From: an uncultured delta proteobacterium
GTDB lineage: Bacteria > Desulfobacterota > Syntrophia > Syntrophales > UBA2185
NCBI GenBank assembly: GCA_963695875.1
Contig: CAVOID010000014.1
Span: 32,001 to 96,000, forward strand
Length of the DNA stretch: 64,000 bases
Reading direction: 5' to 3'
The notes beneath the pieces were generated by a model that saw only the letters and a program-made list of their open reading frames with translations, had not been told where the DNA came from and made no database searches. A program made the position numbers and the translations under genes. Positions 55,755-64,000 of this stretch are shown piece after piece; the first letter of the stretch is position 1; each line of letters starts with the position of its first letter.

Positions 55755-56404
55755 TACTCCCATCCATATTCTCCAATAAGATCCACGAAACGGCATCCGC
55801 CCAGGTCTTCTTTTTTTACATCATTCAGATCCTCTGATAAACGGGTCAATTTAATCAGCACCTGAGAGTGTCGGCCACCAGCAGGGATTACAAGTCTTCC
55901 TACAATAGCGAGTTGCTCCAATAAAGTTTTGGGTATATTCGGTGCTCCGGCTGTGACTATTATAGCATTAAAGGGAGATTCCTCCCGCCACCCATAAGTA
56001 CCATCCCCGACTCGGATTGCCGCATTAAAATAATTAAGAGATTCTAGCAGTCTCCTTGCTCCACTTGCAAGCGACGCGATGCGATCAATAGAAAAAACAT
56101 GCTCGGCGAGTTCCGCTAATATGGCAGTCTGATACCCGGAGCCTGTCCCGACTTCCAGAACTTTTTCATTACCCTTAAGTTCCATGGCTTCCGTCATGAG
56201 AGCCACAATGTAAGGTTGAGATATGGTCTGCCCTCCGTCTATGGGAAGTGGATTATCATTGTACGCCTGGTCCCTCAAAGCTTCATTTACAAAGAGATGG
56301 CGGGGAACCGTTTCCATAGCTTTTAACACTCGTGGATCCCTGATCCCTCTTGCTCTTATCTGGGATTCCACCATCTTCATTCTTTGTTTTAAGTACCGGT
56401 CCAT
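55751..56404 (-). CDS. pcm: Protein-L-isoaspartate O-methyltransferase
   Basis: VPRHLFV, QTISQP and LEVGTGSGYQ motifs. Confidence 0.96.
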   Translation of the reverse strand: MDRYLKQRMKMVESQIRARGIRDPRVLKAMETVPRHLFVNEALRDQAYNDNPLPIDGGQTISQPYIVALMTEAMELKGNEKVLEVGTGSGYQTAILAELAEHVFSIDRIASLASGARRLLESLNYFNAAIRVGDGTYGWREESPFNAIIVTAGAPNIPKTLLEQLAIVGRLVIPAGGRHSQVLIKLTRLSEDLNDVKKEDLGGCRFVDLIGEYGWEY

Positions 56405-56814
56405 TATACATCCCGAAGGTATTTTTTCCTGGGTGGAATGCTGTATGATTCTTCGACCCAGTGATGCCGCCGCATACCCATCGCTTCTCTGGTTACAATC
56501 AGATAGTAATATCTCAATTTTGCATGCTCTCTTGCGTGATTGAATTTACCGATCTCTCCGTTAATTTCTTTGAATATTTTCTGTCTCCGGGAAGCAAGCT
56601 TGCCATCGTCATACCCGTCTTCAGATTTTTCGACAATGGAGCGGTAACTTTTCAGCCTCTCTTCAATAACCTGCTCAATTATCCTCATTTTTTCAATGGC
56701 GGCAGCTAACTTTTCACCAGCCCGGCCGAGGACTTCCGCCCTCTCCTTCATCATTTCTTCACGCAGGATATTTTCAGGATCCTTTTGCCTGTCTGTCTTT
56801 AACATAGCAGCCAT
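56404..56814 (-). CDS. Conserved hypothetical helical protein
   Basis: ERAEVLGRAGEKL...YLIVTREAMG; abuts pcm. Confidence 0.75.
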   Translation of the reverse strand: MAAMLKTDRQKDPENILREEMMKERAEVLGRAGEKLAAAIEKMRIIEQVIEERLKSYRSIVEKSEDGYDDGKLASRRQKIFKEINGEIGKFNHAREHAKLRYYYLIVTREAMGMRRHHWVEESYSIPPRKKYLRDV

Positions 56815-56934
56815 TTTCCATTATTCAATCATATTAATATATCATTTAATTACACTTCTTTCAATATAAAAGGCTTTCCATAAAGGAATAACGCAGTTTC
56901 ATATTTTTGAAAAAAGTGTCCAAATAAGTCAGCA

Positions 56935-57075
56935 AACTGCGAAGCAAAAAGTGTAAGTTTCAAGGTGCACATGGTTCGACAAGCTCACCATGACACGTCA
57001 ACTGTGTTGATCCTGCCTGTCCCCTGCCTTCGCGGGAGGTAAACTTCGATAGGAGAACTTTTTACAATGCCTTCA
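56935..57075. repeat. Composite MITE/REP remnant
   Basis: CAAGGTGCACATGGTTCGACAAGCTCACCATGAC matches the reverse complement of part of the 63501 element. Confidence 0.5.
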
Positions 57076-57175
57076 AAGTTTTGCTTTACAGTATCGTAAT
57101 ATTTCGCTTAAAATTAAACATTAGTTCTGCTTCATAAAGATAGAGAATCCTTATTATACTAGGGAGAAAAACAAC

Positions 57176-58768
57176 GTGCCGGGTGTCAGATATGTCATGT
57201 CTCGTGCTGTGAGGAATGCCTATCAGGCGGGCAAAGAAGATGAAACATTGCCTCCCCTTGTTTTATTTAATCGCGCCGGTCAACCCGCGGGAAGATTAAA
57301 AAAAGGAGATGCCGTTATATTTTATAACGTCAGAGGAGAAAGGGAAGTAGAGCTAACGAAAAGTCTGATGGACGCTGGATTCGATAAATTCCCTGTAGAA
57401 AAGAACCTTACGCTTCACTTTGCCACCATGATTGAATACTACAAGGAGCTCAATGCCAGTGTTGCCTTCCCTCCGGAAGGCGTAATTGAAGATACATTAA
57501 GCGAAATCATAGCGCGACACCACCTCAGGCAGGTAAAAATTACGGAAGCCGAAAAGGCGATTCATATTAGCTATTTTCTCAACGGGAAAAACAACGAAGT
57601 CCCTCCGGGTGAAGAAAGGGTAATCGTTCCCACCCGGAAAGATGTGACCCTTTTTGACGAAGCCCCGGAAATGTCCATCAACGCCATCACGGAGAAAGCC
57701 ATAGAAAAAATACGTGACCCCTCATTTCATTTTATCTTCGTAAACTTCCCGAATGTAGATGTCGTCGGACATATAGAAAATGAAGCGGCTGTCATTCGCG
57801 CCGTTGAGGCAGTGGATACATGTACGGGACGTATTGTCGAGGAGGCTCTAAAAGAAGAGCTTGTCGCTATCGTCACTGCCGATCATGGCACAGTTGAAAA
57901 ATGGCTGTTTCCGGACGGCGCCATCGACACTGGGCACACAGACTGCCCCGTTCCTTTTATTCTTGTCGATCACAATCAAAAAAATATATCTCTGCGGGAA
58001 GGCGGCGAACTGGCGGATGTTGCCCCCACCGTCTTAGACCTCATTGATATCCCCAAACCGGCATCTATGACAGGGCGCTCATTGATGAAGAATCACTCGT
58101 TCCGAAGGAAATACGGAGACAGCCCGCGCGTTCTCCTCTTGATCCTCGACGGCTGGGGAGAGAATAGCTCGACGGCAGGGAATCTGATCGCCCGTGCCCG
58201 TACACCCGTCATGGACAGGCTTAAAAAAACATATCCCTATACCCTGCTTGCGGCTTCCGGAGAAGCTGTCGGTCTCGCGCCGGGAACAGTCGGCAATTCG
58301 GAGGCCGGACACCTCCACATAGGTGCAGGGAGAAGGATTTATGCCGACAGCGTAAAAATTGACCGTTCTATTGCAGACGGATCATTCTTTCATAATGAAG
58401 CGTTCCTCCACGTAATCCGCGCCGCGAAAGATGCGGGCACCTCACTTCATCTCCTGGGGATCGTGTCGTTCTTCAGTTCTCATGGCTCTATCAATCATCT
58501 TTTTGCCTTGATGGATCTTGCAAAGCAGGAAGGGATCAAGGATGTTTTTATTCATGCCATGCTCGGCAGGCGGGGAGAGACGCCTGAGAGCGGGGCAAAT
58601 TATATTGAGAAAGTGGAAAGAAAGGCTGAGGAGATCAATCTGGGAAAGGTTGTCTCAGTGATCGGCAGGTACTGGTCAATGGATCGGGAAGAAAACTGGG
58701 ACAGGATTGAAAAAACATACCGCATGCTCGTCTACGGGGAGGGAACCCCTGTGACGGAAAGGAGTTGA
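57176..58768 (+). CDS. Circularly permuted 2,3-BPG-independent phosphoglycerate mutase-like enzyme
   Basis: C-terminal iPGM motifs (NFPNVDVVGH, TADHG, GHT, LADVAPT) precede N-terminal ones (LILDGWG, GNSEAGH, GRYWSMDR). Confidence 0.88.
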   Translation: MPGVRYVMSRAVRNAYQAGKEDETLPPLVLFNRAGQPAGRLKKGDAVIFYNVRGEREVELTKSLMDAGFDKFPVEKNLTLHFATMIEYYKELNASVAFPPEGVIEDTLSEIIARHHLRQVKITEAEKAIHISYFLNGKNNEVPPGEERVIVPTRKDVTLFDEAPEMSINAITEKAIEKIRDPSFHFIFVNFPNVDVVGHIENEAAVIRAVEAVDTCTGRIVEEALKEELVAIVTADHGTVEKWLFPDGAIDTGHTDCPVPFILVDHNQKNISLREGGELADVAPTVLDLIDIPKPASMTGRSLMKNHSFRRKYGDSPRVLLLILDGWGENSSTAGNLIARARTPVMDRLKKTYPYTLLAASGEAVGLAPGTVGNSEAGHLHIGAGRRIYADSVKIDRSIADGSFFHNEAFLHVIRAAKDAGTSLHLLGIVSFFSSHGSINHLFALMDLAKQEGIKDVFIHAMLGRRGETPESGANYIEKVERKAEEINLGKVVSVIGRYWSMDREENWDRIEKTYRMLVYGEGTPVTERS

Positions 58769-58771
58769 GCC

Positions 58772-59303
58772 ATGGAAGTAAAGATCAACAATTCCACACT
58801 GGCCCTCGTTGAGGGAGATATAACAATAGAAGAAACGGACGCGATCGTAAATGCCGCCAATTCGAGACTCGCGGGAGGCGGAGGGGTGGACGGCGCCATA
58901 CATCGGGCCGGCGGACCATCCATTATGGCAGGAGTGTCGCAAAATCGGAGGATGTCCTACAGGACAGGCGGTTATCACCACCGGGGGAAATCTCAAGGCA
59001 AAATATGTCATCCACACCGTGGGGCCCGTCTACCAGGGCGGTACAAAGGGCGAAGCAGCACTCCTGAAAAGCGCCCATCTGGAGAGTCTCAAACTCGCCT
59101 CGGCAAAAAAGCTGAAAAGCATTGCCTTTCCGGCAATCAGCACCGGCGTCTATGGTTATCCTGTAAATGAAGCAGCGCAGATTGCCCTGAAAACAGTGAT
59201 CGATTATCTCAAGGAACACAGCGATATTGAGCTGGTGCGCTTCGTTCTCTTCGGCCGCAAAACATACGACATCTTTGCCGAAGAACTGAAAAAACTTATC
59301 TAG
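58772..59303 (+). CDS. Macro domain protein, O-acetyl-ADP-ribose deacetylase-like (frameshift)
   Basis: [26 protein letters not shown] and [10 protein letters not shown] motifs. Confidence 0.92.
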
Positions 59304-59366
59304 AATTTAATCGTGGAGTATGCTGTGCACCCTTGACCTGAGTACAAAACTATGCGAGGAAAAACT

Positions 59367-59920
59367 ATGCGTAAACGAGGCAAGCAGGCAAATCTTCAAA
59401 AACTTGGTAATATCCTCCAGGACATCCTGAAAAAGCACAATATCAATATCGACTCTGAGGAACAGCGTCTGCTGGAAGTATGGTATAAAGCAGTAGGTCC
59501 CGCAGATTTCAGCCCATACCCGCCCTGATAAGCTCAGAAGAAATACCCTGTTCGTTAAAGTTTCTTCTTCCGTGTGGATGCAGCAGCTTCATAATCTTAA
59601 GAGCGATATTATTGAAAAAGTCAACCACCTTATGGGAAAGGAATTAGTCAGGAACGTCCATTTTTCCATCGGTGAGATACCTTCTGCCCTGCCGAAGAAA
59701 CCCCATCCGGAGTCATTTTCCCCTGGAGTCCTATCCCCTGAAGGATAAGGACAAAAAATTGATCGAAAAAAGTACCTCTTCCGTAACAGATAAGGAGTTA
59801 AAGGAAATTCTGAAAAGGGTAATGACAAAAAATATCATTCGGCGGAGGCTTTCGACTGACCCGGAAATCTCCCTGAAAATGCAGGTCATCTCTTCCGTAT
59901 ATTTGCTGCCCTCTGAATAG
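59367..59920 (+). CDS. dciA: DUF721/DciA-family protein (frameshifts)
   Basis: LGNILQDIL...WYKAVG...LFVKVSSSVWMQQL...VRNVHFSIG. Confidence 0.8.
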
Positions 59921-60626
59921 ATAAATAGAGGCGGCATAACTTCCAGCTCTTCACGCCCGCTTTTTATACCTTCCACCAGGACGAATTCTGCGCGTGAATC
60001 ACCATGTGAATGCACTGTTCGCATTCTTTTCGGTTCGATGCCGGACATTCTCATGGAAGATAAAAGTTCGACCATCCTGGTCGCAGGGTATATGATGTTA
60101 GCACGTCCTGATTTTTTTAAAACATATGCCGCTGCATTCAGAAAATCTTGCAGTGTTGCCTTGATCTCGTGACGCGCTATAGATTTCTGATCATTCGGAT
60201 TAATTCTGCCTGATTTCAGTTTTCTATAAGGAGGGTTAAAGACTGCTACGTTAAAGGATTTTGAATCAAAGAGGGCCTCGATGCTTCTGATGTCTCCCAG
60301 GCGGATAGCAAGCTTCTCTTCGAGATTGTTTAGCTGAACGCTTCGCTTTGCCATGTCAACCAGTTCTTCCTGAATATCCACACCGACGACCTTGCCACAT
60401 TCTTTTCTCTGTGCCATAATGATGGCAATCACCCCGCTGCCAGTTCCCAGGTCAATAATGTGGTCTCCTTTTTTCAGATGAACAAAATGTGCTAAAAGAA
60501 GGGCGTCAATGGAAAACCGGTACCCCTTCTCTTTCTGAAAAATCCTGATCCGGCCTCCAAGAGAGTCTCATCAACGGTTTCCCCTTCCCTTCTTAGCGAT
60601 GAGACGTCAGGACCAATTTTTTTCAT
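59731..60626 (-). CDS. tRNA1(Val) A37 N6-methyltransferase-like protein (5' frameshift)
   Basis: GYRFSIDALLLA, DLGTGSG, NPPY and ARHE motifs. Confidence 0.88.
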
Positions 60627-61868
60627 GATGTTAAGAGATGCACAAATATGCCGCTGCGGAGTTTTGGTTCAAACCAGGTAGATTTGGGGGGCATGACTTT
60701 ACCGGCCTTTGAAACAGTCATGAGTTGTTCCATAGTCGTTGGATAAAGGGAAAAAGCGACGGCAAACTCGCTTGAATCAACCAGTCTTTCTAGTTCTTGC
60801 ACTCCCCTTATACCACCTATATATTCAATCCTTCCGTCCGTCCTCGGATTTTGAATCCCCAGGACAGGCTTCAACAGATTATCCTGCAGTATAGAAACAT
60901 CGAGAACGTTGACAGGATCATCTTTGTCATAACTGCCATCTTTTGGCTCTATCTTGTACCACCTGCCTCGTAAATACATTCCGATTTCATGGTACCGACC
61001 GGGCAACTTCTCCACAAAATTATTCGAAAACAAAAAATTGCTCACCGACCCTACGAAGAAATTCAACTTCATTCAAGCCATTCAAATCCTTACAGCACGG
61101 TTATAGCCCATGATCTTGAGTTGATTGTGGGGAAACAAAACAGCCATTGCATAGTTGTATGCTTCATCTCCGCTGCTTGCAGGATTCTGTTCCTTTTTCA
61201 ATTTTCTAACCGCTGCGGCGGCAGCAGCCCGGTGATGACCATCGGCAATATAAAGAGTATCAACCTTTTCAAATGAGTTCGTTACTGCTGCAATATCTTT
61301 TTCATTTCTAATAACCCAGACTGTATGAGAAATACCATCATCGGCAATAAAATCGTATTCAGGATCACCTTCAACCATTTTTTTGACCAGGCGATCAATG
61401 AAATCCTGAGCCCGGTATGTTAAGAAGACGGGTCCTGTATTGGCATTGACTGTTAATACATGCTTAATGCGATCAAGCTTCCTTATCCGCTTTTGTCAGT
61501 TCGTGTTTTTTAATCCGACCTGATTCATATTCAGCGAGGCTTATCCTCGCGACGATACCATACTGCTCATGGAGACCAATTTTTTGTCGATATATGTAAA
61601 AACATGGCGTTTTATCCTGAAATAAAACCTGTTCTCGAATAAGTTTATCAAGATTTTATTTGGCAATCTCATATACGCGGTCGCCGTCTGTGTTCAAATG
61701 AGACGGCAAATCAATTTCCGATTTCTCAACATGTAGAAAGTTCAAGGGATTGTCTCGCACGATCTCCCTTGCCTCTTCTACACTCACCACATCATAAGGG
61801 TAAGAAGCAACTGCTTTAACAAATTGTTTCTGCGGCCTGAGCGCCTTGAAGGGAAGAACAACAGACAT
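60623..61868 (-). CDS. DUF1015-family protein (frameshifts)
   Basis: PFKALRP, PYDV, YIADGHHR and MPPKSTWFEPKLRSG motifs. Confidence 0.9.
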
Positions 61869-62000
61869 GATAGAATCTCCTCTTGCGAAATTTTTAACAT
61901 ACTGACATAGTGAAATCAATTTCAAAAGTGCCGGTGATAAAAAACCTCCATCTTTCTTCCGCCCCGCATGCAACACTAAACTGATTAAGAAAGGATTATT

Positions 62001-62480
62001 ATGGGTCTGACGAGGGCTTTTATTCACGGGCTCGAAAGTTCGAGCCAGGGAACAAAGGGAGTATTTTTCACGGAAAGGTACCCAGATATGATTATCGAAG
62101 ATTTTGTCGGTACTTTCAACCAGAGAATGAACAAATTGAATAAATTGCTCTCCGATAAAGCTAACCTGATACTGGTCGGCTCCAGTTATGGAGGATTAAT
62201 GGCCACTGTCTATGCATGCAATTATGCAGAGAAAATCAGAGAAACTCATTCTTCTGGCGCCTGCCCTTAATATTGATGAATTTAAACCGTATCTCAATAA
62301 GAAACTCCATCTTCCTGTTATGATCTATCATGGGAGGAATGATGACGTGGTTCCACCGCTATCCGTCCGGAACATTGCCAGATCGGTTTTTACAAACCTT
62401 CAATACATCTGGTGGATGATGATCATTCCCTCCACAGGACATTCAGTCACATGGACTGGGATACCCTGCTCGAAGCATAA
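62001..62480 (+). CDS. Small alpha/beta hydrolase, YqiA-like (frameshifts)
   Basis: FIHGLESS, GSSYGG, LLAPA, HGRNDDVVP and DDHSL motifs. Confidence 0.85.
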
Positions 62481-62532
62481 AAACGATTTGAATACGAAAG
62501 AATCACACCTGTCAAACCGGACAACTAATCTC

Positions 62533-62561
62533 TTGACAAGATTTCGTCGTTCTCTTAACAT
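62533..62561 (+). promoter_or_regulatory. Putative sigma70 promoter
   Basis: TTGACA-N17-TAACAT. Confidence 0.5.
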
Positions 62562-62592
62562 TAACAAAACATTTGGAGATTAATGAAAGGGT

Positions 62593-63003
62593 ATGTATTC
62601 AAAGAAAGTTGTTATTCGTTATACAGCAAACAATGTGGACCAGCCCATTATATGTCAGCTTGTAAAAAAACACGATCTTGAATTCAACATCCTCAAGGCC
62701 CAGATACTGCCCCGGAGAGAAGGGGTAATTGTCGTTGAACTGAGTGGTTCAAAAGAAAATTTTGATAAAGGCATCCGTTTTCTAAAGGAAAAGGGTCTTA
62801 AAGTTGAACCTGTTTCGAAAAACGTAAGCCAGAATATAGATAAATGTGTTCATTGTGGCGCCTGTACGGCATTCTGTCCAACCGATGCCCTCTCTTTTGA
62901 GAGACAATCTATGAAAGTCCTGTTTGATCCGGAAAAGTGCAACGGGTGTGAACTATGCGTTTTGGCATGCCCGCCAAGAGCTATGGAGGTCAGCATTTTC
63001 TGA
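62593..63003 (+). CDS. NIL domain + 2x[4Fe-4S] ferredoxin protein
   Basis: QPIICQLVKKHDLEFNILKA; CVHCGACTAFCP and CNGCELCVLACP. Confidence 0.9.
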   Translation: MYSKKVVIRYTANNVDQPIICQLVKKHDLEFNILKAQILPRREGVIVVELSGSKENFDKGIRFLKEKGLKVEPVSKNVSQNIDKCVHCGACTAFCPTDALSFERQSMKVLFDPEKCNGCELCVLACPPRAMEVSIF

Positions 63004-63080
63004 ATGAGCCTCTTTCCTGATACTGTAATACTACCTCCTCATTAGATTTCTCACAAAGTGTCGACACTATCCTGGAAACC

Positions 63081-63434
63081 TTATTTCTCCCTGATTGGTT
63101 TATTGTCCGGTTCCAGTTGCTTATCAATATCCCTCGTTACCAGTTTTTCAGCCTTCTTGTATACGCCCTTTACACTATCATAAACCCCTCTACCCTTCTC
63201 TACCACACTGTGCGTTGACTCCTTGGCCTTTTGTATGGTTTCAGTTAAGCTTTTGGGCATTTTTTCAGGCTCTTTAAAACACAGATATCCACCGAAGATT
63301 ATGAGTACAAGAATAAATAATAATGCAATCTTGATGAGTTTCTTGAAGAGAAAACATATGATCAAAATCGCAACAAATACACAAACACCTATGATAAATT
63401 GATGGGATGTTATGTAGTTTATAATATCGTCCAT
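63081..63434 (-). CDS. Hypothetical membrane protein
   Basis: GGAGG RBS, two N-terminal TM helices. Confidence 0.7.
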   Translation of the reverse strand: MDDIINYITSHQFIIGVCVFVAILIICFLFKKLIKIALLFILVLIIFGGYLCFKEPEKMPKSLTETIQKAKESTHSVVEKGRGVYDSVKGVYKKAEKLVTRDIDKQLEPDNKPIREK

Positions 63435-63500
63435 TTTAAACCTCCATAATCAGTATGTACTAATGTTACTTCACATCTCAATAAAAATCCAGCAATCCTT

Positions 63501-63708
63501 AACAGGCTGTCGAAAAACGCTTCCCCGCCTTCGTGGGGACAGGCTCTGCTGCGTTGCGCTGCACGCTTTCCTCCGACACGCTCAAGACAGGCTTTATATA
63601 CTGTCGTGGTGAGCTGTTTGTCCTGAACGTGTTGAAGGATCGAACCATACGCACCTTGCATTTGGACATCACGTATCGGGTACGGGACAAGCTTTTGCAC
63701 AGCACGGT
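63501..63708. mobile_element. MITE-like element with imperfect terminal inverted repeats
   Basis: CAGGCTGTCGAAAAAC ... GCTTTTGCACAGCAC ends; internal segments shared with the 4860 and 56935 elements. Confidence 0.55.
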
Positions 63709-63801
63709 GACAAGCATGTTTTTTCAACGCTCTATTTAACCTTGACAAACTGTGCACCTGGCGTCTAGATTTCAAGGACAGTAAGGATAAAGGCATTAAG
63801 A

Positions 63802-64000
63802 ATGATCAAAGTTGCCATATCAACCCTCGGTTGCAAGGTTAATCAGTACGAATCAGCAGGCATTTTAGAAAAGCTGGACAAGAGTATCTTTTTACAAGTA
63901 CCATTCAATACGAAGGCCGATTGTTACATAATCAATACATGCACCGTCACAGGTCGGACGGATTACCAATCAAGGCAGCTTATCAGAAGAGCAATCAGGA
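63802..64000 (+). CDS. mtaB: tRNA t6A37 methylthiotransferase, 5' part
   Basis: TLGCKVNQYES and INTCTVT motifs. Confidence 0.88.
   Translation, partial: MIKVAISTLGCKVNQYESAGILEKLDKSIFLQVPFNTKADCYIINTCTVTGRTDYQSRQLIRRAIR

Noticed and set aside
55600..55776. Long N-terminal extension of NlpD
   Set aside because: It is translated MITE sequence (same peptide as spurious ORF 6338-6646); the real start is MNWRL at 55599.
59731..59920. ~190-bp convergent overlap of dciA and the methyltransferase as a functional antisense overlap
   Set aside because: Both tails look like run-on after lost stop codons in an indel-rich assembly; cannot be supported without reads.

Overview
64 kb of chromosome from an anaerobic Desulfobacterota/deltaproteobacterium (Syntrophales-like gene content; taxonomy is inference). 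The backbone is housekeeping and metabolic: bamD, trxA, paaK-like ligase, rubrerythrin, a TetR-led double acyl-CoA dehydrogenase/ETF/FixCX cluster, queF, coaE, coaX, birA, nadC, valS, miaA, mutL, rfbD, truA, pgk, gltX-ispF-ispD-PIN/TRAM-carD, nlpD-pcm, dciA and mtaB. More than 20 genes, including essential valS and gltX, carry frameshifts that are best read as sequencing or assembly indels. The top finding is an 84-aa RiPP precursor missed by the ORF track (22494-22748, minus strand). It has three in-frame UGA codons in repeated S-S-U cores, each followed exactly 14 nt later by a SECIS-like hairpin, and lies upstream of a radical SAM/SPASM maturase (selenobiotic SbtA/SbtM-type system). Other findings: a circularly permuted iPGM-like enzyme, three integrase-less attC/cassette relics carrying toxin-antitoxin and nuclease-like genes (one attC invaded by a truncated group IIC intron), an AT-rich secreted three-gene operon with an ankyrin-TPR-PDZ-TPR lipoprotein, and several MITE/REP families. 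All family assignments come from motif recognition by eye; no database searches were run.
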